64,000 bases of DNA, taken from Microgenomates group bacterium. GTDB lineage: Bacteria > Patescibacteriota > Microgenomatia > PFEM01 > JBNASD01. The position numbers and the translations under genes are program-made. This document shows positions 47,221-55,688 of this stretch, piece after piece. The notes beneath the pieces were generated by a model. It was not told where the DNA came from, made no database searches, and worked only from the letters and a program-made list of their open reading frames with translations. The DNA lies in the NCBI GenBank assembly GCA_049720225.1, contig JBNASD010000001.1, forward strand, positions 228,733 to 292,732, in the 5' to 3' direction. Position 1 is the first letter of the stretch. The number at the start of each line of letters is the position of its first letter.

Positions 47221-48303
47221 ATGAAAAATTTTTTGATTATCGCCTTTTTGGTGGTTTTTTCTTCTTTATTGGTTTGGCTTCCTTTTTCTTTAAAAAACGA
47301 AATGCTTAAAGTTTTTGCTAACTACGATGGCCCAAATTATCTTATTGTCGCGAAAACTTGGTATCAAAAAAACTTAATAAGAGAAAAGTTTGAATTTCCT
47401 CTTCCTTTAGAATATTATCCTGCTCATTTTCCTGGATATCCCGCAATAATTAGAGTTTTTAATTTTTTTCTTCCTGGCCCCTGGGCAATGCTAATTGCTA
47501 CTGTTTTTTCTACCATTTTAATGGCAGAAATTTTTTATCTTTTTCTTAAAAAAAACAGTTTTTCTAAATTCCCTTTATGGTTAACTTTTGTTTTCCTTTT
47601 TTTTCCTGCGCGATTTTTAGTAGTAAGAACGATTGGAGCTCCTGAGTCACTTTTTATTTTTGCTATTTTGACTTCTTTTTATTTTTTCCGCCTTAAAAAA
47701 TGGTGGCTTGCCGGACTTTTTGGAGCACTAGCGCAAATTACCAAATCTCCTGGAATTCTTTTGTTTATTGCTTACATAATTATTATTCTGAAAGAGGGGT
47801 TAAAAACAAAAAAGTTTAATTTTAAAACTTATCCCCTTCTTTTGATTCCTTTTTCTTTATTGGGAGTTTTTCTTTTTTATTATCAAAAAACAGGTAATTT
47901 TTGGGCTTACTTTCATTCGGGAGACAACTTTCATTTGTTCTTTCCTCCTTTTCAAATTTTTAAAACTGGTCGCTCGTGGATAGGAGATTTTTGGTTAGAA
48001 GATGTAATTTATATTTATCTTTTAGGAATTTTAACAATTATTTTTTTGATCAAAAAAAGGTATTTTGATTTAGCTACGTTCGCGGGCATTTTTTATTTAA
48101 CTACTCTATTTATCGCTCACCGTGACTTATCGCGATATTCTCTTCCTCTTGTTCCTTTTAGTTTAATCGCCTTTAGTGATTTTTTGGAAAAAAAGGAGTT
48201 TAAAATTGCTTTCTTTTTTATTCTTATTCCTATTTATCTTTATACTCTCAATTTTATTTCTTATAATGTTGCTCCTATTGGAGAGTGGCAACCTTTTCTT
48301 TAA
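47221..48303 (+). CDS. PIG-V/DUF2029-like GT-C membrane glycosyltransferase, paralogue of 11219..12343.
   Basis: NYDGPNYLIVAKTWYQ...YYPAHFPGYPAIIRVF and KKWWLAGLFGALAQITKSPGILLFIAYIII are collinear with 11219..12343. Confidence 0.5.
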   Translation: MKNFLIIAFLVVFSSLLVWLPFSLKNEMLKVFANYDGPNYLIVAKTWYQKNLIREKFEFPLPLEYYPAHFPGYPAIIRVFNFFLPGPWAMLIATVFSTILMAEIFYLFLKKNSFSKFPLWLTFVFLFFPARFLVVRTIGAPESLFIFAILTSFYFFRLKKWWLAGLFGALAQITKSPGILLFIAYIIIILKEGLKTKKFNFKTYPLLLIPFSLLGVFLFYYQKTGNFWAYFHSGDNFHLFFPPFQIFKTGRSWIGDFWLEDVIYIYLLGILTIIFLIKKRYFDLATFAGIFYLTTLFIAHRDLSRYSLPLVPFSLIAFSDFLEKKEFKIAFFFILIPIYLYTLNFISYNVAPIGEWQPFL

Positions 48304-49055
48304 TCATAAAAACCGCGCCAATCATTAAATTTTACCCGCAAAATTTCTTTAAACATTTCCTTTGATTCCTTAAAAAAATTTCTTTTCTTTCCTACTGCAA
48401 TGTCTTTGTCTATCCATTCAACAGGGACTTCGGCAATTTTATATCCTCTTTTTTGAGCAATAAATAAAAGTTCGACATCAAAAGCCCCTACTCGCCAACC
48501 TTTTACTTGGGTAGGATTTTTAAAAATTAGAAGTTGAGAAAACAAATCTTTAGCTACCTTATTTTTAAAAGCTTTAAAACCACATTGGGTATCTTTAATT
48601 TCTCGCAATAATAAAATTTGTCTAAAACTACGAAAAACTATTGAGGCAACTTTTCTTAAAATTGAAAAACCCTTTCTTTCTAATCCTCGACTCCCTATCA
48701 CCACGTCATAATTCTTTTCAAAAAAAGGAAAAAATTTTTCAATTTCTTTTAAGGGGGTTGATTGATCCATATCGGTAAAAAGAACAATTTTTCCTTTTGC
48801 TTTTTGAATTCCTGCCTTAACCGCAAATGGCTTACCTCCGTGAGGATTTTTTAAAAGAAGAAAAGAAGGATTTTTTTGACAATATTTTTCTAAAAAATTT
48901 AGGCTTCCATCAGTAGAACCATCATCGGAAATAATCACTTCCCAATCATATTTTTGTTTTTTAAGGTAATTTTTTACTTCGTCTAAAACTCCTCTTTTTA
49001 AATTCTTTTCTTCATTGTAACAGGGAATTACTACCGATAAAAATGGTTTTTTCAT
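48300..49055 (-). CDS. GT2 polyprenyl-phosphate glycosyltransferase (Dpm1/GtrB-like).
   Basis: LSVVIPCYNEEKNL...EVIISDDGSTDGS, LFTDMDQSTP and IKDTQCGFKAF. Confidence 0.8.
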   Translation of the reverse strand: MKKPFLSVVIPCYNEEKNLKRGVLDEVKNYLKKQKYDWEVIISDDGSTDGSLNFLEKYCQKNPSFLLLKNPHGGKPFAVKAGIQKAKGKIVLFTDMDQSTPLKEIEKFFPFFEKNYDVVIGSRGLERKGFSILRKVASIVFRSFRQILLLREIKDTQCGFKAFKNKVAKDLFSQLLIFKNPTQVKGWRVGAFDVELLFIAQKRGYKIAEVPVEWIDKDIAVGKKRNFFKESKEMFKEILRVKFNDWRGFYD

Positions 49056-49777
49056 GAAATTCGCGAAAGTTTTCTTTTAAGTCTAATTAGGTCTTTCAAC
49101 CCACTCCAAATGACCTTTAAACTCGCCCCTGTGGCTTTTCCTGCTTTTCGCGGATAGTGATGTACCCCAATTTGAACAATTTTAAAGCCTTCTTTTTTTG
49201 CTTTAATTAAAAGCTCTGAGGAAATAAACGGTCCTCTTTCTACTTCTAAAGGAGGAATTTTTTCAATTACTTCTTTTTTAATTAATTTAAAACCACAATC
49301 AATGTCTTTCACTTTTAAACCGAAAAGCAAAAATACCGCCAATTCCCATAACTTTGATCCCCAAATTCGATAAAAAGGCACTGCGCGCTTTAAATAGTAA
49401 CCAATAACTAAATCCGCTCCTGTTTCTTTTTGTTTTTCAAAAAATTTTGTAATTTCAGAAAAATCAAATTGCCCATCCGCGTCAGTAAAAGCAATCCACT
49501 TATATTGAGAATTATAAAAACCTGATTTTAAAGCCGCCCCATAACCTCTGTTAGGAGTATGAGTAATCATTCTTATTCGCGGTTCTTTTTTCATTAATTT
49601 TTTGACAATTTCTCCTGTTTTATCTTTTGAACCATCATCAACTACAATTATCTCCCATTTTTCAGCGACTTCATTTAAAACCGCAATTGCTTTTTCTACC
49701 GTTTCTTTAATGTTTGCTTCTTCATTATAAGCAGGAAAAAAGACTGAAAGTTCTTTTATTTTTTGTTTTTTAGTCAT
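49052..49777 (-). CDS. GT2 polyprenyl-phosphate glycosyltransferase (Dpm1/GtrB-like).
   Basis: LSVFFPAYNEEANI...EIIVVDDGSKDKTGEI, AFTDADGQFD and VKDIDCGFKLIKKEV. Confidence 0.8.
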   Translation of the reverse strand: MTKKQKIKELSVFFPAYNEEANIKETVEKAIAVLNEVAEKWEIIVVDDGSKDKTGEIVKKLMKKEPRIRMITHTPNRGYGAALKSGFYNSQYKWIAFTDADGQFDFSEITKFFEKQKETGADLVIGYYLKRAVPFYRIWGSKLWELAVFLLFGLKVKDIDCGFKLIKKEVIEKIPPLEVERGPFISSELLIKAKKEGFKIVQIGVHHYPRKAGKATGASLKVIWSGLKDLIRLKRKLSRIS

Positions 49778-49778
49778 T

Positions 49779-50966
49779 TTAACCTATCCTTTCTTGAATC
49801 CTTTTTAAAAAGGGAACTTTCCATGTTTTCCAGATAAAAATATTATACATTGAATAATTATAAGGAATAACAAAGAATCCGATCGCAATTACTAAATAAA
49901 TCTGCCGCCATTGATCGCCAAAAATTTTCGCTAAAATTCCCACTACTAACCATTGTAATATTACTGCCCCTAATGAAGTCAAGTTGAATTGAAAAAATTT
50001 CCAAATAATTCGCTTAAAACCAGTAATTCTTTTTTCTGAAAATGTCCACAAATTATTTAAGGTAAAATTAGAAATAATTGCTAATTCTGCACCTAATCCC
50101 GCCGCTGGTCCGGGAGATAAACCCAATCGATAAAAAAGTTCCAAACCTAAAGCATTAATTATATACCCAATAAAACCCACTACCGCAAATTTTAAAAAAC
50201 GAATTGTTGTCGGATCATTTAAGCGTAATTTTATTACTCCCAAAAATGTATTTATCACCTCTTTAAAAGTAATCTTGCTTTCTCCTTTTTCTCGTAATTT
50301 AAACTTTAAAGGAATTTCTATTATTTTAGCTCCGTTTTTAACAATCTGATAAAGAATTTGCGTCTTATAAAAGAATCCATTTCCAACCTGACTAAAATCA
50401 ACTTTATCTAAAACCCCTTTCACGCGCGTTAATTTTAACCCTGTGGAAACATCTTTTACTTTATTTATTTGAGGAAAAAATAAGACAAAACGACTAAATA
50501 ATCCCCCTCCAATAGTTAAAAGTTTTCGATACCAACTCCATTCTTTGGGAATTGAACCGCCCTTTACAAAGCGAGAACCAATTACATAATCATATCCTTG
50601 ATCAAATTTTTCTACTAAATCAATAATATAGCGTGGATCATGTTGAAAATCTGCGTCAAATTCAATTACCGCCGCCGCCCCCATTTTTTCCATGGCATAT
50701 TTCATTCCTCTTTTATAAGCCGCTCCTAATCCTTGTTTTTTCCCTAAAGAAAGGTGAATATTGGAATATTTTTTCATTTTTTCTTTCACTACATCGGCAG
50801 TCCCATCTGGAGAATTATCATCAACTACTAAAATTTCCATCTGGTGATTTTTAATCTGAGGAAAAATTTCTTCTTCTAAAACATCAATCATTTTTTGAAT
50901 ATTTTCTTTCTCGTTGTAAGTGGGAATAATTACAATAATCTTCATTTTTGTACCCTTTCTCGCCAA
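49779..50966 (-). CDS. GT2 polyprenyl-phosphate mannosyl/glycosyl-transferase with a C-terminal GtrA-like 4-TM domain (Ppm1/Dpm1-like).
   Basis: IIVIIPTYNEKENI...EILVVDDNSPDGTADVV, EFDADFQHDP, VKDVSTGLKL, and a C-terminal FLKFAVVGFIGYIINALGLELFYRL... (GtrA-like). Confidence 0.8.
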   Translation of the reverse strand: MARKGTKMKIIVIIPTYNEKENIQKMIDVLEEEIFPQIKNHQMEILVVDDNSPDGTADVVKEKMKKYSNIHLSLGKKQGLGAAYKRGMKYAMEKMGAAAVIEFDADFQHDPRYIIDLVEKFDQGYDYVIGSRFVKGGSIPKEWSWYRKLLTIGGGLFSRFVLFFPQINKVKDVSTGLKLTRVKGVLDKVDFSQVGNGFFYKTQILYQIVKNGAKIIEIPLKFKLREKGESKITFKEVINTFLGVIKLRLNDPTTIRFLKFAVVGFIGYIINALGLELFYRLGLSPGPAAGLGAELAIISNFTLNNLWTFSEKRITGFKRIIWKFFQFNLTSLGAVILQWLVVGILAKIFGDQWRQIYLVIAIGFFVIPYNYSMYNIFIWKTWKVPFLKRIQERIG

Positions 50967-51907
50967 TAGTTTAACAAATCTTTTAAAGTTTTTCTAAGGG
51001 GAATTTTTGGCTTCCAGCCTGTTTTTTGCCGAAATTTCGAATTATCTCCCTGTAAAATCGGTACATCCGAAGGTCGCATTCTTGCCGGATCTTGAACTAT
51101 TTTTACTTTTATTTTGCTCATTTCTAAAAGCATCTCCAAAACTTGAGAAATTTTTACTGCTTTTCCTGAGCAAATATTATAAACTTCCCCTGGTTCTCCT
51201 TTTAAAACCGCCAGTAAGTAACCGTTAACCATATCCCTAACATCAGTATAATCCCTTTTGGCTTCTAAATTACCAACGTAAATTACCGGTTCTCTTTTAC
51301 CTTTTTCTGCCTCCGCAATTTGTTTGGCAAAAGTTGATTCGGCAAAAACTTCTCCCCGCCGAGGTCCGGTATGATTAAAACCCCGAGTTCTAACAATCTT
51401 CATTCCGTAACTTTTAAAGTACTGATATCCTAAATAATCCATTGCCAGTTTAGAAACCGCATAAGGACTGAGAGGTCTTAAAGGATTGGTTTCTTTAATG
51501 GGAACTTCTTCTGGTTTTACTAAGCCATATTCTTCCGAAGAACAAGCAATTTGAATCACTGGATCGATTTTAACTGCTCTTATCGCTTCAAATAAATTAC
51601 ATGAACCAATAACATTAATTTCTAAAGTTGCTGCTGGTGAAGTCCAAGAAGCAGGAACAAAACTTTGGGCTGCCAAGTGAAAAACAAAATCCGGTCTTGC
51701 ATCTATCAATGACTTTTGTAATGAATTAAGATCAAGAAGGTCTCCTTCAATTAAATGAATTTTATTTTTAATATGTTCAATATTTTCTGTTCGCGATCGC
51801 CATCGACAAAGACCATAAACCTCCCAACCTTTTTTCAAAAGTAAATCTGCCAAATGAGAGCCAGCAAAACCGGTAATTCCGGTGATAAAAGCAACGGGTT
51901 TTTTCAT
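50942..51907 (-). CDS. rmd: Gmd/Rmd-family NDP-4-keto-6-deoxyhexose reductase (Rmd-like).
   Basis: AFITGITGFAGSHLADLLLKKGWEVYG, HLAAQSFVPASWTSPAATLEINVIGSCNLFEAI, SPYAVSKLAMDYL, TRGFNHTGPRR and VYNICSGKAVKISQVLEMLLEMSKIKVKIVQDPARMRPSDVPILQGDNSKFRQKTGWKPKI align block-for-block with GDP-4-keto-6-deoxy-D-mannose reductase (Rmd), not with RmlD. Confidence 0.7.
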   Translation of the reverse strand: MKKPVAFITGITGFAGSHLADLLLKKGWEVYGLCRWRSRTENIEHIKNKIHLIEGDLLDLNSLQKSLIDARPDFVFHLAAQSFVPASWTSPAATLEINVIGSCNLFEAIRAVKIDPVIQIACSSEEYGLVKPEEVPIKETNPLRPLSPYAVSKLAMDYLGYQYFKSYGMKIVRTRGFNHTGPRRGEVFAESTFAKQIAEAEKGKREPVIYVGNLEAKRDYTDVRDMVNGYLLAVLKGEPGEVYNICSGKAVKISQVLEMLLEMSKIKVKIVQDPARMRPSDVPILQGDNSKFRQKTGWKPKIPLRKTLKDLLNYWRERVQK

Positions 51908-53196
51908 CTCCCTACTCCTAAATAACGAAAACCTAATTTTTCCATTTTTTCTTTATCTAAAATATTTCGGCTATCAAAAATAAAACTACCCTTCATTATT
52001 TTTTTTATTTTAGCAAAATTTAAATTTCCAAACTCAGGCCAATCAGTTAAAATTAACAAACCATCAACATCTTTTGCTACTTCATAAGCATCCCGAGAAA
52101 ATTCAACATTTTCTAAAACTTTTTTCGCATTTTCCGTTGCCAAAGGATCATAAGCTTTTACTTTTGCTTTCTTTTTCAAAAGCAAGTTTATTACTTTAAT
52201 TGCGGGTGATTCCCGAATATCATCAGTTCCCTGTTTACAGGCTAAACCTAAAACTCCTATTTTTTTATTTTTAAAAGAACCAAAGGTATCCTCTACTCGT
52301 TTTAAAGTCCGAGGGATTCTTTCTTTATTTAAAGAATGGATCTTGGCAAATAAAGAGCGAGAAATTCTTTTTTTTCTAGCAAAATTAGCCAAAGCAGAAA
52401 CATCTTTAGGAAAACAACTTCCTCCATAACCTAATCCCGGATACCAATAATGAAGACCAATTCTTTTATCCATTCCCATTCCTTTAATCACCTCTTCAAT
52501 ATCTGCCCCACATTTCTCGCACAAATCAGCAATTTGGTTAATAAAAACAATTCTTAAGGCTAAATAAGAATTAGCGGCATATTTTATTAGTTCGGCACTT
52601 TCAATTTTAGTAATTAAAATCGGTGCTTTAAAACTTTCATGAAGTTTTTTTAAGATTTCTGCTACCTTTTTATTTTCTGTTCCAATGACCACTCTATCGG
52701 GATGTTTAGTATCCTCCACCGCGCTTCCTTCTTTCAAAAATTCTGGACAAAAAGCTAACCCAAATTTTGCTTTTTTTGGTTTATATTTTTCAATTATTTC
52801 TCCAATTTTTCGCGTGGTTCCCGGAGGAGAAGTGCTTTTATTGACAATAATTGTAAAATTTGAAGAAAGATTTTTGCCTATTTCCTTACTCGCTTCAAAC
52901 ACTTGCCTTAAATCAACCGCTCCGTTTTTCAAAGAAGGCGTACCAACCGCAATAAAAACAACTTCAGAAAAAGGAATTGCTTGGGAATATTCGGTAGTAG
53001 GAATAAATCGATTAACGGATAAATTTTTCTTCACTAGCTCTTCCAATCCTAGTTCGAAAAAATGAATTTTTCCCTTTTTAAGGGCTTCGTTTTTTTCTTT
53101 ATCTTTTCTGACTACCCAAACCTTATGTCCCAAATCCGCCAAAACTGCTGCCAACGTCAAACCTACATAACCAGCGCCGACTACGCTAATATTCAT
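51904..53196 (-). CDS. ugd: UDP-glucose 6-dehydrogenase.
   Basis: MNISVVGAGYVGLTLAAVLADLGHKV is the N-terminal Rossmann fold. GLGYGGSCFPKDV contains the catalytic Cys. The C-terminal UDP-binding domain reads KKIGVLGLACKQGTDDIRESPA. Confidence 0.9.
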   Translation of the reverse strand: MNISVVGAGYVGLTLAAVLADLGHKVWVVRKDKEKNEALKKGKIHFFELGLEELVKKNLSVNRFIPTTEYSQAIPFSEVVFIAVGTPSLKNGAVDLRQVFEASKEIGKNLSSNFTIIVNKSTSPPGTTRKIGEIIEKYKPKKAKFGLAFCPEFLKEGSAVEDTKHPDRVVIGTENKKVAEILKKLHESFKAPILITKIESAELIKYAANSYLALRIVFINQIADLCEKCGADIEEVIKGMGMDKRIGLHYWYPGLGYGGSCFPKDVSALANFARKKRISRSLFAKIHSLNKERIPRTLKRVEDTFGSFKNKKIGVLGLACKQGTDDIRESPAIKVINLLLKKKAKVKAYDPLATENAKKVLENVEFSRDAYEVAKDVDGLLILTDWPEFGNLNFAKIKKIMKGSFIFDSRNILDKEKMEKLGFRYLGVGR

Positions 53197-53236
53197 ATGT
53201 TTCTAATTTTATCCATTGTGTTAAAATAAATCAATA

Positions 53237-53947
53237 ATGAAGATAGATATCCTCACCATTTTTCCTTCAATGTTTAAGGGCCCATTTGAAGAGTCAATTA
53301 TTAAAAAAGCTCAAGAAAAAGGTTTAGTCAAAATAGAAATTCATAATTTAAGAAAATGGGCTAAAGACAAAAGAGGAACAGTTGACGACCGTCCTTATGG
53401 TGGCGGAGTAGGAATGATAATGATGGTGGAACCAATTTATAAAGCTTTAAAAGAGCTTAAAATTAAACCAAAAACAAAAGGCGAAAAAATTGTTTTGCTT
53501 AGTCCCCGTGGAAAACTTTGGACTCAAAATTTAGCCAGAAAATACGCTAAATTAAATCATTTAATTTTAATTTGCGGCCATTATGAAGGTGTAGACGAAA
53601 GGATAAGAAATTTTATTGATGAAGAAATTTCTATTGGTGATTACGTTCTAACTGGGGGAGAAATTCCGGCAATGGTTTTAGTTGACTCTATTGTTCGTTT
53701 AATTCCCGGTGTTTTAGAAAAACCAGAAGCTACCCAATTTGAGTCTTTTTCAAGTTTGAAAATTGGAAAATTGAAAATTGAAAATTTACTGGAGTATCCT
53801 CAATATACCCGGCCAGAAAATTTTATGGGTCTAAAAGTGCCCAAAATCCTTCTTTCTGGTAACCATCAAGAAATCGAAAAATGGCGAGTGGAGCAGGCTT
53901 TAAAAATCACTAAAAAACGTCGGCCGGATTTATTATTAAAAAAGTAA
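53237..53947 (+). CDS. trmD: tRNA (guanine37-N1)-methyltransferase.
   Basis: [67 protein letters not shown]...LLSPRGK...[13 protein letters not shown]...[28 protein letters not shown] is the SPOUT trefoil-knot TrmD signature. Confidence 0.9.
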   Translation: MKIDILTIFPSMFKGPFEESIIKKAQEKGLVKIEIHNLRKWAKDKRGTVDDRPYGGGVGMIMMVEPIYKALKELKIKPKTKGEKIVLLSPRGKLWTQNLARKYAKLNHLILICGHYEGVDERIRNFIDEEISIGDYVLTGGEIPAMVLVDSIVRLIPGVLEKPEATQFESFSSLKIGKLKIENLLEYPQYTRPENFMGLKVPKILLSGNHQEIEKWRVEQALKITKKRRPDLLLKK

Positions 53948-53950
53948 TTT

Positions 53951-54964
53951 TTATTTTTTTCCATATTGTTTTTGAAAATATTTTTTTTGTTTTTCTTTTA
54001 ATGGTTTCCACCACCATTCGTTTTTTTGATACCACCGAACCGTTTTTTCAAGCCAAATATCAAAATCAAACTTTGGCTGCCACCCTAATTCCTGTTTGAT
54101 TTTTCTCCAGTCAACAGCATATCGTCGATCATGTCCTGGCCGATCTTTAACAAATTCAATTGATTCTTCGAAATTTTTACCTAAAATTCGGCAAATTTTT
54201 TTAACTACTTCCAAATTAGAAATATCCTTAGTCATTCCACCCACGCAATAAGTTTCCCCTACTTTTCCTTTTTTTAAAACTAAATCAATTGCCCGACAAT
54301 GATCTTCTACATAAAGCCAATCGCGAACATATAATCCGTCTCCATAAATCGGTACTTTTTTCCCTTCCAAAAGATTAGTAATTGCTAAAGGAATTAATTT
54401 TTCTGGAAATTGATAAGGACCGTAATTATTAGAAGTATTAGTAATGGTTATCGGTAATCCATAGGTTTTAAAATAAGCTCTCACTAATAAGTCAGAACCA
54501 GCCTTTGAAGCAGCATAAGGAGAATTAGGAGCAAAACGAGTAGATTCATTAAATTTTTTCTTACTTTTAAGGGGTAAAGCCCCAAAAACTTCATCAGTAG
54601 AAACATGATGAAATCGTTTAATGTTATAACGTAAAGCGGCATCTAAAAGAACTTGGGTTCCGACAATATTAGTTTTTATGAAAACTTGTGGTCCTAAAAT
54701 TGAACGATCAACGTGACTTTCGGCGGCAAAATGGACAATAACATCAATATCTTTAACAATTTTATCAACTAATTTTCCGTTACAAATGTCACCCTTAACA
54801 AATTTATAACGGGGATTATTCTCGATATCTTTAAGATTTTGCAGATTACCAGCATAAGTTAGTTTATCTAAATTAATAATTTTGTCGTTAGGGTATCTTT
54901 TTAACCAATATCTAATAAAATTAGAACCGATAAAACCAGCACCGCCGGTAACTAAAATTTTCAT
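53951..54964 (-). CDS. rmlB: dTDP-glucose 4,6-dehydratase. The start is probably MKILVTGG at 54964, which gives an ATGA overlap with rmlA; the track start at 54988 adds MGKKKRNK.
   Basis: MKILVTGGAGFIGSNFIRYWL, FAAESHVDRSI, STDEVFG, SPYAASKAGSDLLVRAY and TNTSNNYGPYQFPEKLIPL. Confidence 0.9.
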   Translation of the reverse strand: MKILVTGGAGFIGSNFIRYWLKRYPNDKIINLDKLTYAGNLQNLKDIENNPRYKFVKGDICNGKLVDKIVKDIDVIVHFAAESHVDRSILGPQVFIKTNIVGTQVLLDAALRYNIKRFHHVSTDEVFGALPLKSKKKFNESTRFAPNSPYAASKAGSDLLVRAYFKTYGLPITITNTSNNYGPYQFPEKLIPLAITNLLEGKKVPIYGDGLYVRDWLYVEDHCRAIDLVLKKGKVGETYCVGGMTKDISNLEVVKKICRILGKNFEESIEFVKDRPGHDRRYAVDWRKIKQELGWQPKFDFDIWLEKTVRWYQKNEWWWKPLKEKQKKYFQKQYGKK

Positions 54965-55686
54965 TTTATTCCTTTTTTTCTTGCCCAATATTGATTAGAG
55001 CGAAATAACGACTCAAAAGTTCCCGCATCAGACCAAAAACCTTTTAATTCCTCCCATCTTAATTTCCCCGCTTTTATATAAAAATTATTTACATCGGTAA
55101 TTTCTAACTCTCCTCGAGTAGAAGGTTTACATTTTTTAATAAATTCAAAAACTTGATTATCGTAAATATAAAGACCAGTAACGGCGTAGTTACTTTTTGG
55201 CTTTTTTGGTTTTTCTTCAATTTTAATAACCTTTTTTGGATTTTTTTTATCAAAAACTGGTACTCCAAATCGCCAAGGGTCAGATACTTTTTTAATAAAA
55301 ATTACTGCCCCTTCTTTAAATTTTTTAACTACCGGTCCAATATCAGCATCGGTAGTATTATCTCCTAAAATAACGGTAATTGGTCCTCCATCAGCAAAAT
55401 CTTCCGCCAGCGATAAAGCGTCAGCAATTCCTCCTTCTCCTTCTTGATAAGCATATTCAAGATGTTTCACTCCTAATTCTTTTCCATTTTTTAAAACGCG
55501 CAAAAAATGACCAGCATGAGGACCGCCAGTCACTACTAAAATTTCTTTTATTCCCGCCTTCACTAACGTTTCAATTGGATAAAAAACCATCGGTTTATCG
55601 TAGATAGGAAGAAGGTGTTTATTAGTGGCAAAAGTAAGGGGATAAAGCCGAGTTCCTAAACCACCGGCAAGAACCACACCCTTCAT
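54961..55686 (-). CDS. rmlA: Sugar-phosphate nucleotidyltransferase, short-form glucose-1-phosphate thymidylyltransferase-like.
   Basis: MKGVVLAGGLGTRLYPLTFATNKHLLPIYDKPMVFYPIETL...ILGDN is the canonical GXGTRL nucleotidyltransferase core. The 241-aa length fits the short-form enzymes. Confidence 0.65.
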   Translation of the reverse strand: MKGVVLAGGLGTRLYPLTFATNKHLLPIYDKPMVFYPIETLVKAGIKEILVVTGGPHAGHFLRVLKNGKELGVKHLEYAYQEGEGGIADALSLAEDFADGGPITVILGDNTTDADIGPVVKKFKEGAVIFIKKVSDPWRFGVPVFDKKNPKKVIKIEEKPKKPKSNYAVTGLYIYDNQVFEFIKKCKPSTRGELEITDVNNFYIKAGKLRWEELKGFWSDAGTFESLFRSNQYWARKKGIK

Positions 55687-55688
55687 TG

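Noticed and set aside
50942-51907. Initially considered calling this SDR gene rmlD (dTDP-4-dehydrorhamnose reductase) because rmlA and rmlB are nearby.
   Set aside because: The sequence aligns with the Gmd/Rmd extended SDR family (TGITGFAGSHL..., ...IVQDPARMRPSDVPIL...GWKP), not with RmlD. rmlC is also absent.
384-53196. Considered annotating the island as a conventional LPS O-antigen / core or capsule locus.
   Set aside because: No Wzy polymerase, Wzz, WaaL ligase, Kdo or heptose genes, or ABC/Kps export components were recognised. The preponderance of PMT/ArnT/TMTC-like GT-C enzymes and Dpm1-like synthases points to lipid-phosphate-sugar-dependent extracytoplasmic glycosylation. The unassigned family X could still turn out to be a polymerase, so this remains open.
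53951-54988. The track's longer start for rmlB (MGKKKRNKMKILV...) and for several other genes. These are 31161..32315 (MARWSSRM...), 55723..56289 (MPTFLSFIS...), 56171..57670 (MVIFPLEG...), 23109..24836, and the TTG starts at 47198 and 63872.
   Set aside because: The N-terminal extensions precede canonical Rossmann or domain starts and would create long overlaps with neighbouring genes or head-to-head overlap with rtcB. Internal ATGs give standard domain N-termini with tighter junctions. The TTG at 63872 is not a true start, because the frame remains open to the window edge.
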